A DNA stretch of 64,000 bases from Smithellaceae bacterium (GCA_049514435.1 JBEKVB010000003.1:153848-217847); one strand, 5' to 3'. Shown: positions 1 through 8,348, counted from the first letter of the stretch. The notes: generated by a model from the sequence alone, not told the origin. A program made the numbers and translations.

Positions 1-105
1 TTTCCAACTTGTCAGTGTGTGTTGATTCCGCAAATTGTTTTCCGTGCCGATAATACTTAATCCAATATGTCTTTCCTCGCCTCTAAATACATCCCATTTT
101 TTCAC
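1..105 (-). CDS. 5' end of an ORF that runs off the left edge of the window (product unknown; next gene of the mobile-element module)
   Basis: GTG at 103-105 overlaps the TGA of the upstream HTH gene (GTGA coupling). The frame stays open to position 1 (VKKWDVFRGEERHIGLSIIGTENNLRNQHTLTSWK...). No family recognised. Confidence 0.2.
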   Translation of the reverse strand, partial: MKKWDVFRGEERHIGLSIIGTENNLRNQHTLTSWK

Positions 106-347
106 CGTCCTTTCTTGGAGGGCTTGCGTTTAACAAATTCGATATCGTAGCCAAGGTAGTCAGCAATTACTGTCAACTTATCTAACGAATAATTCGCCTT
201 TTCATTTAGAACTTTTGACAGATGACCTTTATCTAACTCCAGGTCTTTGCTTATCCTGTACGCCGATATCTTTTCCCTCTTCATGATGTCTTTAAGGCGA
301 TTCCCCATCATGGGGATATTTATACCACAGAGTTGCACGTTATTCAA
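102..347 (-). CDS. XRE/Cro-C1-type helix-turn-helix regulator (81 aa; true start may be the internal MMGNRL)
   Basis: ORF track. ISAYRISKDLELDKGHLSKVLNEKANYSLDKLTVIADYLG is a typical XRE HTH. Only a 3-nt gap to the upstream gene. Confidence 0.6.
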   Translation of the reverse strand: MNNVQLCGINIPMMGNRLKDIMKREKISAYRISKDLELDKGHLSKVLNEKANYSLDKLTVIADYLGYDIEFVKRKPSKKGR

Positions 348-350
348 CCT

Positions 351-596
351 CTAATTATAAACAACTTTGTTTTTTTCAATGAATGCCTCCAGATCGTTTA
401 TGTCCAAATACATTTTCCGGCACCCGTGTTGTTTTACGACCGGAATCACCTGCGACCAGATCAATTCTCTTATTCCCCACACAGGCCGACCCAGGTATTC
501 AGATGCTTCTTTGAGCGTAAAAAGCCGCTTCCGCACTGGATTGTATATCCCTTGTGCCCTTTTAAGTTCAGTGTTTGTCAGTGTTTTTTTAACCAT
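351..596 (-). CDS. excisionase/AlpA-like (MerR-superfamily) small DNA-binding protein
   Basis: ORF track. LFTLKEASEYLGRPVWGIRELIWSQVIPVVKQHGCRKMYLDINDLEAFI fits the excisionase-family HTH pattern. Small size and mobile-element context. Confidence 0.55.
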   Translation of the reverse strand: MVKKTLTNTELKRAQGIYNPVRKRLFTLKEASEYLGRPVWGIRELIWSQVIPVVKQHGCRKMYLDINDLEAFIEKNKVVYN

Positions 597-832
597 GTAA
601 CTACTTTGTAACCATAAATTAACTTACTTTTTCAAACTCTGCATATAGGAACTAAACATTTTTTATCTTTAGAATTATAATATCTTATCGATCTTGTTCC
701 ATTATTATTCAGCTTTATTAATAACATTTTCATATTTTCAGTCTCTTTAAAAAAGACAATAGGTATGGCTATCTTATTTATTCTTCACTAAAGTGAAAGG
801 GTGCTGGTAAAAGCAAGGTTGCATTGAAATAT

Positions 833-1438
833 TTACTCCCATACAGTAGCAGCAGAGGATTGACGGCTTTCCATTGTCCGTTCTTCAGCTTCACTTTTGT
901 GAAGACGGTTATTGTCCTGTTTTGTCTTCTCAGCTTCACTTTTGTGAAGTTGTCCACTTCGCTTCTGTGAAGTTACTTTTAATTTCTGCCTTTTCATATT
1001 TTCTCTTATGTAAAATTGTTCTCGTAATACTTTGTGCTTTTCAACCATTACAAATTCAGGCGTGTCATATTTACGCCAACGTTCTGAGAATTTATAAACA
1101 GAGTAGTCTTTTTCTCTCTCATGTTTCTGATACCAGCCGCCCTGATGAACTAAATCAAGGAAACCCATCTCAACCAGCTTTCTGATATTTTTCCAGAACT
1201 GCGTTGTGCCGATCTTCAAGAAGGCGGCCTCGGAATAAGGGAAGATAAACCCATCATTGGAATAAACAATCTTCTTTTTCCCGTGAATCTTCACTTGATC
1301 CCACTTTCGTTTTTGAAGGCATCTAAGCAGGGTTCTAAGAACCGAAGCAGACAATCCGATGAAGGCCTCGGAATAGAACATATCGGGCTCTATAAAGATC
1401 TTGTTCCTGATCTTGAAGTACTGCTTTTCAGTTACCAT
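833..1438 (-). CDS. hypothetical mobile-element protein, winged-helix-like (possible replication/initiator-type); C-terminus has a 15-aa tandem repeat LHKSEAE...
   Basis: ORF track, 201 aa. No confident family. Sits between HTH genes in the element backbone. Carries palindromic DNA repeats at its 3' end. Confidence 0.45.
   Translation of the reverse strand: MVTEKQYFKIRNKIFIEPDMFYSEAFIGLSASVLRTLLRCLQKRKWDQVKIHGKKKIVYSNDGFIFPYSEAAFLKIGTTQFWKNIRKLVEMGFLDLVHQGGWYQKHEREKDYSVYKFSERWRKYDTPEFVMVEKHKVLREQFYIRENMKRQKLKVTSQKRSGQLHKSEAEKTKQDNNRLHKSEAEERTMESRQSSAATVWE
886..972. repeat. palindromic motif CTTCAC-N4-GTGAAG, two exact 19-bp copies (886-904, 931-949; 45-bp period) plus an imperfect third (957-972)
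   Basis: Read directly: cagcttcacttttgtgaag occurs twice. cttcgcttctgtgaag follows. Confidence 0.7.
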
Positions 1439-1499
1439 GATTTACGCTACCCTTTTTCGGCATTTAATATATTACCTCTTTTAAAATGTTTAGATCGCT

Positions 1500-1703
1500 T
1501 TATAAGTTTTTTGTGTTCGGGAAAATATTTTTAACCTTTTCATGAAGTATTTTTGATAATCGAATCTGTTCGCTCTTTGTGAAAGATAAATCCCCGATTA
1601 GCTTTTTTGAAAAAATAACAGGATCAATCTTCATTACTTGAGCGATAAATTTCTGCTTCAAGCCCTTTCTGAGAATCGCTTCTTTCAAATAAATGTTCAT
1701 CAT
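1500..1703 (-). CDS. small putative HTH DNA-binding protein (67 aa)
   Basis: ORF track. LKQKFIAQVMKIDPVIFSKKLIGDLSFTKSEQIRLSKIL resembles a short Cro/XRE-like HTH. Confidence 0.4.
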   Translation of the reverse strand: MMNIYLKEAILRKGLKQKFIAQVMKIDPVIFSKKLIGDLSFTKSEQIRLSKILHEKVKNIFPNTKNL

Positions 1704-1752
1704 AACACCTCCTTTGTAGCTCGTCTGACGTGCTACTGATTGTTAAAAAAAT

Positions 1753-2310
1753 TTACCCGCTTATCCTTTGAGCGATCAACTTTGCCAGCGAATCAACCAT
1801 AGTCTTGATGTTAATGGAACGGCAAGGCACCGCTGAAATAGCTGATCTTCTCCCAAAGTATCCCAACTCATATTTTTCTTGCCACAGGTCCGGTTCTTTT
1901 ATTTTTTTAAGTTCAAATATTATTTTTGAATTGTAAAAAAATCTGCCATCATTCCCAACACCAATATCGATAGGTAAATCCAAACACGGAAAGTCAGTTT
2001 CAACAACATATCCTCCGCTCGATTTTGATTTTCGAAAGTTAACCCATCTTGAAATTTCCCATTCCTTCTCCTTTAACCACTTTCCTACATCATTCAAAAT
2101 TTGCCTGGCTTCAATTAAAGTGAATTTCAAATCTCGAACGAGATATCCCCCCAAGAAAATCCGTACAGCCTGCTCAAAATTATATTCTCTCGATATTCCC
2201 GAGTGCTGCCCATAATCCTGATCAGGTTCCAAAAAAGCTACAGCCCAGCGCTTTATTTGGGGATGCGTGAAGCCGGTTGCTTTTGCTAAAATCCGATTCG
2301 TAATAATCAT
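1753..2310 (-). CDS. hypothetical protein (185 aa), N-terminal HTH-like segment
   Basis: ORF track. ILAKATGFTHPQIKRWA looks like an HTH. No family recognised. Confidence 0.45.
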   Translation of the reverse strand: MIITNRILAKATGFTHPQIKRWAVAFLEPDQDYGQHSGISREYNFEQAVRIFLGGYLVRDLKFTLIEARQILNDVGKWLKEKEWEISRWVNFRKSKSSGGYVVETDFPCLDLPIDIGVGNDGRFFYNSKIIFELKKIKEPDLWQEKYELGYFGRRSAISAVPCRSINIKTMVDSLAKLIAQRISG

Positions 2311-2427
2311 AAAATCTTCACCTTTAAGTAGCGCTTAACACGTTCTACGTATTCTTGCAAGAACTATTTTTCTGTTTTTTTAGGATACTAAATCAGGAAA
2401 GGTTATTTTATAGATCAGACCATAGAG

Positions 2428-2482
2428 GTAGGGTTCCTAGCAAACCGAAAGATGGCAATTTATATTTTTGTTTATGACACCT
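2428..2482 (+). repeat. dispersed repeat family X, copy 1 (GTAGGGTTCCTAGCAAACCGAAAGATGGCAATTTATATTTTTGTTTATGACACCT)
   Basis: About 75-80% identical by hand alignment to 5466-5519. Lies 60 nt downstream of the stop of the 2542-3174 gene. Confidence 0.65.
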
Positions 2483-2541
2483 TGGTTGAGTGCAACGTTA
2501 ACAAGAAAAGTAACGATTACGTATAAAGGTATTCACGGTTA

Positions 2542-3174
2542 CTAAAATAATTTAATCCATAAAACTATAATAGCCAGGATTACGAGAATGATGGTAATAA
2601 ATAATTGAACAAACTCTAACCATTCACAAAGTGGAATTCTATCTCTCTTTTCTTTACGCTTCTCTATTCCATCTATTACTTTAGGGGGAAACTCTATATC
2701 CAGAATCTTCATTATTTCCTCCTCAAAAAAGAACTCCTTGTCACGATCGATTCTATGTGCTCGACCAATTCCATGCATAAATACGGCATGTAGCGCTACC
2801 ACCGAACTTCCGGCTAGAATAGCGAATACTATAAAAGTTCCAAATGATAAAGGTTGGCTAATACAAATACGACCTGTTAAAACGACCCCAATGAATGCAG
2901 CCAATGCAGTCCATATGCCCATTCCCATTTTCCATCCGTAAATTCTTCGATTATTAAAGTTTTCCCATGCCCCATTTCTTAATTTCTCTAAGGCATCTAA
3001 TGTTGTCTTAATATCGATACCGCTACTGTCAACTTTCCATCCGTAAATTCTTCGATTATTAAAGTTTTCCCATGCCCCATTTCTTAATTTCTCTAAGGCA
3101 TCTAATGTTGTCTTAATATCAATACCGCTAATTATCGAACCGATAATAATTCTGCATCGTTTCCACCATTTCAT
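2542..3174 (-). CDS. hypothetical membrane protein (210 aa) containing a near-perfect internal 35-aa tandem duplication
   Basis: ORF track. GIDIKTTLDALEKLRNGAWENFNNRRIYGWK occurs twice. Hydrophobic helices follow (IWTALAAFIGVVL, FGTFIVFAILAGSSVVAL, FITIILVILAIIVLWI). Confidence 0.55.
   Translation of the reverse strand: MKWWKRCRIIIGSIISGIDIKTTLDALEKLRNGAWENFNNRRIYGWKVDSSGIDIKTTLDALEKLRNGAWENFNNRRIYGWKMGMGIWTALAAFIGVVLTGRICISQPLSFGTFIVFAILAGSSVVALHAVFMHGIGRAHRIDRDKEFFFEEEIMKILDIEFPPKVIDGIEKRKEKRDRIPLCEWLEFVQLFITIILVILAIIVLWIKLF
2931..3131. repeat. in-frame tandem duplication, ~95 bp repeated with 105-bp period, one mismatch seen
   Basis: tccatccgtaaattcttcgattattaaagttttcccatgccccatttcttaatttctctaaggcatctaatgttgtcttaatatc[g/a]ataccgct starts at 2931 and again at 3036. 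Confidence 0.85.
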
Positions 3175-3312
3175 ACCCTTTCCCCTCCTTAAGGCTATGA
3201 GTAAATGACGTTGTTATCTCCGAAATAAAGCCACGTTTGTTTTCTACTAACAATTCAGACGGGACTTCATTTTATGGCAGGTGCCGTGCCTAACCAATAG
3301 ATGGCAAACAAT

Positions 3313-4785
3313 CTACCAATCAATCCTCTTTTTTCTTAAAAGGTTCTGAGCCGTTTGATCGCCTAATCTTGCCGCTATTTTCAGATCATTAGTAAACTGA
3401 TTGTCGTTACCGAGTCTCGCGTAAACAAACCCCCGGCTGAAGTAGGCATCGGCATCATCCGGTTTGAGGCGTATGGCTTCATTATAGTCCTCGATGGCAC
3501 GCTGATATTGGCCAAAGCTATTATAAACAGCCCCCCGGATGTTGTAGGCATTGGCATAATCAGGCTTCAGGCGGATGGCTTGATTGAAGTCCTCGATGGC
3601 ACGTTGATGTTGGCCAAGGTTTTTGTAAGAAATCCCCCGGTTATTGTAGGCATCGGCATCATCCGGTTTTAGGCGGATGGCTTCGTTATAGTCCTCGATG
3701 GCGCGCTGATACTGGCCGAGTTTATCGTAAACATTCCCCCGGTTGATGTAGGCATTGGCATAATTTGGCTTCAGGCGGATTGCCTCGTTATAGTCCTCGA
3801 TGGCGCGCTGATACTGGCCAAGGTAATAGTAAGCATTCCCCCGGTTGTAGTAGGCAGACGCCTCTTGTGGGTTCAGTTCGATAGTTTTACTGAATGCGTC
3901 AACGGCAAAGGTGTAATTACCTGAAGTTCTAGCCTCAATGCCTTTTTTATTCCAGTTAGCAGCATTGTGCATTTCTACTATTTTATTGACGCCCGCGTCC
4001 TTCTGCTGGATATTTACGTATGTTGGGGCTGTGTTTGAAGAATCTTGCGTTTTTTCCGTTGTTTTTTTGTCTATGGAGTTTGATACGACTCTCCAACGTA
4101 CAGCTGCCAACTCTTCATCCCGTTGTTTTTCAAGTGCACGATATGCGGTTGATTGCTGTCGCTTCTTTTCAAAATAGTCCCGCAAATAATACCCGGTAAT
4201 TCCACCGCCTATTATCGAAAAAAAAATTATTGTGGGCTCATTAGAAGATTTAGGAAAAAAGATTGCTAACAAAATTAAAATAAGAACCCCGCAACCTAAC
4301 CAGTAATTCCAGAATGGGCGGGGTCGGAATCTTGCTTCAATTTGACGCTGAAATTTTTCACGAATTGCTGATTCTTCATTACGTAATTGATCTTCGGTAT
4401 CCTTCTCTGCCTTTTCACGTGCGAGTCTGGCTTCTTGCTCCTTGATCTTTTGCTGGTGTAAGGCTTCGGCCTTATCTCTCTCGGCACGTGGGTAGTTTTC
4501 GATGATAGCACGTGATCCCGCAACTTGTTTGATTGCAACTACTGCCTCTTCGGCTGTACATCTAAACCACTCCTTTGCCTCACGTTTTGAAGAAAGCATC
4601 TGGTGTGTTTTTTGCTCGATTTGATAAGGATCTTCTATCAACATCTCATACTCGATGAGAAAAGGATAAGGAGAACCCGTGTGGTGGAGTTTTTTAGCTC
4701 GAAACTCCGGGTCTTTGGTTGAATGACCAACTTTGACTAAACCGGGCATGGCTTTATTGCTGATTACGTAAACCCATCCCTTCAT
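3313..4785 (-). CDS. T5orf172/MUG113 (GIY-YIG-like) domain protein fused to a charged coiled region, two TM helices and 5-6 TPR repeats (490 aa)
   Basis: N-terminus KGWVYVISNKAMPGLVKVGHSTKDPEFRAKKL...REAKEWFRCTAEEAV fits the T5orf172 pattern. Hydrophobic WNYWLGCGVLILILLAIFF and IIFFSIIGGGITGYY. C-terminal 34-aa repeats (YQRAIEDYNEAIRLKPDDADAYNNRG). Confidence 0.7.
   Translation of the reverse strand: MKGWVYVISNKAMPGLVKVGHSTKDPEFRAKKLHHTGSPYPFLIEYEMLIEDPYQIEQKTHQMLSSKREAKEWFRCTAEEAVVAIKQVAGSRAIIENYPRAERDKAEALHQQKIKEQEARLAREKAEKDTEDQLRNEESAIREKFQRQIEARFRPRPFWNYWLGCGVLILILLAIFFPKSSNEPTIIFFSIIGGGITGYYLRDYFEKKRQQSTAYRALEKQRDEELAAVRWRVVSNSIDKKTTEKTQDSSNTAPTYVNIQQKDAGVNKIVEMHNAANWNKKGIEARTSGNYTFAVDAFSKTIELNPQEASAYYNRGNAYYYLGQYQRAIEDYNEAIRLKPNYANAYINRGNVYDKLGQYQRAIEDYNEAIRLKPDDADAYNNRGISYKNLGQHQRAIEDFNQAIRLKPDYANAYNIRGAVYNSFGQYQRAIEDYNEAIRLKPDDADAYFSRGFVYARLGNDNQFTNDLKIAARLGDQTAQNLLRKKRIDW
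3440..3880. repeat. 102-bp-period tandem DNA repeats encoding near-identical TPR units
   Basis: The motif ta/gaagtcctcgatggc recurs at 3483, 3585, 3687 and 3789 (exact 102-bp spacing). Flanking sequence is highly similar. Confidence 0.8.
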
Positions 4786-5199
4786 ACGATTTCATCCTAA
4801 GGAACAAAGATTTAGTTACAATAGATTTATGCCTCTGATTTCATCATCGATCCCTGAGCTCTCTTCACTCTTCCAATAATTTTTGCCTGGAAATTATTCC
4901 ATTTTTATAAACAGCTTAATCAATTCTTCTGATAGAACCACTTCAGACTTTCCGAATATTTTCCTCGGAAAGCACAAAACCCCATTTCCTCTGATAGGTA
5001 GATGGGGTATGTGAATCAATCCGTTCATGACAGCCTCTTTGACCGCGCCGAATGGTTTATGGTTTTACCTGTTCTATAAACTGCAAAATGAACTTTGCTC
5101 TCCGTAATCGTAAGTGTCGCCATTTATAAATCTTTTGTTGTCAATAGTCAACAGAATCTCCCTCTCGCTTCTGTTAAGTTGCTTTCGTAGGAGGCGAAC

Positions 5200-5427
5200 T
5201 TGACGATCGAAGAGGCATTTGGGGAAGTAATCAGGGAACTCAGGAAGGCAAATCAAATCTCTCAAGAGAAACTTGCCGAGGTAAGCAAACTCGATCGGAG
5301 CTTCATTTCACTTTTGGAATGCGGGCGTAAACAACCTTCATTGATCATGATTTTTCAACTTGCAAAAGCCCTCAATCTTTCCGCATCAAAAATCCTGTCG
5401 CTTGTTGAAAAAAAAATCAAAAAATAG
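5200..5427 (+). CDS. XRE-family HTH transcriptional regulator (75 aa, TTG start)
   Basis: FGEVIRELRKANQISQEKLAEVSKLDRSFISLLECGRKQPSLIMIFQLAKAL is a canonical XRE HTH. AGGAGG sits 5 nt upstream of the TTG. Divergent from the T5orf172 gene. Confidence 0.7.
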   Translation: MTIEEAFGEVIRELRKANQISQEKLAEVSKLDRSFISLLECGRKQPSLIMIFQLAKALNLSASKILSLVEKKIKK

Positions 5428-5465
5428 ACGGGAACCAAGAATAATTCGAGACTATACAAAGGGCA

Positions 5466-5519
5466 GTAGGGTTGCCAGCAAACCGAAAATGACGATATAC
5501 TTTTTTGTTTGTTACACCT
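5466..5519 (+). repeat. dispersed repeat family X, copy 2
   Basis: GTAGGGTTGCCAGCAAACCGAAAATGACGATATACTTTTTTGTTTGTTACACCT. Lies 150 nt downstream of the stop of the 5672-8269 gene. A weaker third relative (cctaaccaatagatggcaaac) is at about 3285-3306, just after the stop of the 3313-4785 gene. Confidence 0.6.
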
Positions 5520-5671
5520 ATAAGTCAACAAACATGATAAATAAAAAATTTTGAGGATTTGCGTTTGAAATGTTTGATCTAACATGACCATCAGCGGACC
5601 TGCATGCCGGGTGCTGTGGGGGCCGGGGGGAAAAACCCTCGGCTACCCGATTGACATTGGTTATGCAATCA

Positions 5672-8269
5672 CTACATGAAATTCTGACGTGAGAAACTGT
5701 CGCTAACAGAACTGAACAATGGCCAGAACTTGGCACGACCACATGCTTCGCACATCATCCCGAGTTGAATGCGAGCATCGGTCACTTCATATATGAGCAT
5801 GAAGCCTGACTTTGGCCAATCGCCGCCGATCTCGAAGTTCCAGCGATATTCGACAGCACTGCCAAGAGTGCGACGTGCTGGCTGCGGATTCCAAGTCATC
5901 CTCTGCGGGTGTGCCGCACTCATTTGCTGGAGCAAGAAGAGTCCATATTCCTTTGTGGTTTTCTTCAGGTCATCAGCGCAAGACGTATAGTAAAGGGTAA
6001 TAGACGCATCACTTGGAGTCTTTGTAGTTTCGTCCCAAACCACTTGAGATGAGAATATGGCTATAAATAATGTTTCCAGCCCTGTGGTTCCCGTTACCCC
6101 TTCACGATCTATCTTCCAGTCTGAAGGCAGTACAATCGTTAGATTCGCGGGTACAACTCGGTAGGTAAGAAAGTTTTCGAACCGCTTCTCCCTGACTTCT
6201 GCAAGCCTACCAGCATGATCCCAGTAATGCAGATCGGAGGCAGTTTCAGCAAGGCTTTTTCTGAGCTTCTTGTCAGATGAGAGTGGCGCAGTATTGCTCA
6301 ATTCCACGCACCGAGCAAACCATTTTTTCGTTTCAGTAATGTCACCCTGATCCATATACCCACGACATTTCTCCCGAGACAGCAAGTAATCAAAGATCGC
6401 GGATTCCATATCACGTGGTCCAGCTACTTCCGCCTTGCTGATAAAGCTCAAAGCGCGGGAGCTGTCTCCCGTCTGCAGGCATGCTGTAGCACAATTGAGG
6501 AACGCTTCACCATATTCGGGTAGCAAATTTGCGGCAATCTCCTCGTGCCTTATCGCGTCATGCTCCCTATGCGTTTGCCGTAAGAGGTACGACGAGTATT
6601 CGTGATGGACGACTGCACGTAATATGGTGGTGTCCAAGGACACTGTCGATGGTTTTTCATACCCCAGTTCTTTCAAGTCTTTCTTCATGATATCTTTAAA
6701 CTTTTTCAAGTCTTTTTCGGTGATGTCTTTCCAGACAATCTCTGGAGAGGAAGTAGCCGCAAATCCATATCCATCAGGCCCGCTATCGGGTACTTCGATA
6801 TCGGCAAGCGCTGCGCACAGGCGAAATTCGTGTTCGAGCATTTGGTGCGCATTCCAGTTGCGATTCTCATGAATTTTCATCCTCTGATAGAGTTTAGCAA
6901 GGAGTAGATGGGCTCGAATTTCAATCCATTTCCCAGAATAGACCGCCCGTGGGTCGGGGTGACGAAAGACTCTATAAAGAGCGAGTATAGCTCGCAGATT
7001 GTGTTCTCTTTTCGCGTGTGCTACCGCCAAGAAGTACGCGAAAAAGCGGTCGCGTGGATACCATTTCGCCAGCCATTTCATTAGATGTATATTATCTACC
7101 TGTGGTGGCATATTCTGAAGGTGAGTCCCAAGGGATTTCATCTTATCTTGATAAGCATATCTACTGCGCCGCCGGCGATGCGCTACGGATGTTGCCGCAC
7201 GGATAACGATATTTGCGGTATCGGGACGCCGATCAGGTGGACCGAATTGTCCATCATATACTCTTGACTGCTCATCGAGCATCGGCCACATGCTGGCGAG
7301 AATGAGCTCGATATCACTTCTCGAAGTGCTCATGCCTTGGACTCTCGCAAGTGCACTTAAGTAGTCCAAATGGGGAGGGAGTCCAAAATCCCTCAAGAGT
7401 TTAACTTGACCGTGAAACCACTTCTGTTCGGCCGAAAGGCGCTTCCTGAAAATGTCCCAAGCCATACGCTGCGAGGTCGAGAATCGACTTACGTCGTCAT
7501 CAGTTACTCTGCTGCCAGAATTGAACGTCTGAAGAAACGTTGCAACAGTGTCAAAGCGTCCATCGCATGCAGCGATAAGACTTGCCTTGGTACTTGAAGG
7601 GAGGTGAATCCCGAGTAAGTCGGCAACGACCTCTGCAAAGCGACCATATTCGTCTGGTGTCGCTGGCGGGATCATAAAGGTGTGGCCGTCTGGGAATACA
7701 TCTCGACAGGTGGTTATCGTCAACGGCATCCGATGGGTGTTCACGGTCACGAACATCCCATGAACGTCACAACGGGTTGAGATACTGGTATACAATTTCC
7801 GGATTTGAACAGCAGCTTCGACATACGCAGCCTGACGCTCTAGGAAGGATGAAGATGCCGCAGAAGGAAACCCCCAATCATAGTCATCTATCAAGACGAT
7901 GACACGTCTGACATATTCGCCAATTGGAAGCGAGACTCCCGGACGGACATATCCACGTGCCAGGTAGATTGTCGAAGCTCCTGTCATCTCTGAGAGCTTG
8001 ATTGCTAGATCCGCAGCCTGTCGTGTTTTGCCGACGCCGGAACTACCCAGAAGAACGGTCAGTCCGCTGGATGGGGAGATCTGCAATTCTCTCTGAATAA
8101 TAGGTGGTGTGGAGCGAAGAGGAGATGAGAGCTTAGAGAAGATTTCTTCCACTGGAACCACAGTGAACGGGGATTTCTGATCCGCCCGTAGTCCTCGTAC
8201 GTGATCGCCTATCGCAAATACCGATGCGCATGTTTCTAGGGCTATAATGATGAGGTTGGACCATTCCAT
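5672..8269 (-). CDS. large P-loop NTPase (STAND/AAA-like) with a long helical/TPR-like region and an unassigned ~190-aa C-terminal domain (865 aa)
   Basis: Walker A LLGSSGVGKTRQA. Walker B-like VIVLIDDYDW. A long alpha-helical middle part. Visibly higher G+C than neighbouring DNA. Confidence 0.7.
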   Translation of the reverse strand: MEWSNLIIIALETCASVFAIGDHVRGLRADQKSPFTVVPVEEIFSKLSSPLRSTPPIIQRELQISPSSGLTVLLGSSGVGKTRQAADLAIKLSEMTGASTIYLARGYVRPGVSLPIGEYVRRVIVLIDDYDWGFPSAASSSFLERQAAYVEAAVQIRKLYTSISTRCDVHGMFVTVNTHRMPLTITTCRDVFPDGHTFMIPPATPDEYGRFAEVVADLLGIHLPSSTKASLIAACDGRFDTVATFLQTFNSGSRVTDDDVSRFSTSQRMAWDIFRKRLSAEQKWFHGQVKLLRDFGLPPHLDYLSALARVQGMSTSRSDIELILASMWPMLDEQSRVYDGQFGPPDRRPDTANIVIRAATSVAHRRRRSRYAYQDKMKSLGTHLQNMPPQVDNIHLMKWLAKWYPRDRFFAYFLAVAHAKREHNLRAILALYRVFRHPDPRAVYSGKWIEIRAHLLLAKLYQRMKIHENRNWNAHQMLEHEFRLCAALADIEVPDSGPDGYGFAATSSPEIVWKDITEKDLKKFKDIMKKDLKELGYEKPSTVSLDTTILRAVVHHEYSSYLLRQTHREHDAIRHEEIAANLLPEYGEAFLNCATACLQTGDSSRALSFISKAEVAGPRDMESAIFDYLLSREKCRGYMDQGDITETKKWFARCVELSNTAPLSSDKKLRKSLAETASDLHYWDHAGRLAEVREKRFENFLTYRVVPANLTIVLPSDWKIDREGVTGTTGLETLFIAIFSSQVVWDETTKTPSDASITLYYTSCADDLKKTTKEYGLFLLQQMSAAHPQRMTWNPQPARRTLGSAVEYRWNFEIGGDWPKSGFMLIYEVTDARIQLGMMCEACGRAKFWPLFSSVSDSFSRQNFM

Positions 8270-8318
8270 AGGTTTAGGAATAAAACTCGGTACAAATCGA
8301 TGTATTTAAAATGCAAAC

Positions 8319-8348
8319 AGCGGCGCTGATCGCCAAAGCAGCGCCGCT
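8319..8348 (-). terminator. 10-bp perfect GC-rich hairpin (AGCGGCGCTG / CAGCGCCGCT) followed on the minus strand by GTTTGCATTTT
   Basis: Read directly. Lies 50 nt upstream of the NTPase start, so it would insulate that gene from read-through coming from the right. Confidence 0.4.

Noticed and set aside
5074-5265. 63-aa minus-strand ORF overlapping the XRE gene start
   Set aside because: Overlaps the RBS and the first 22 codons of a canonical XRE HTH gene. No RBS of its own and no recognisable fold.
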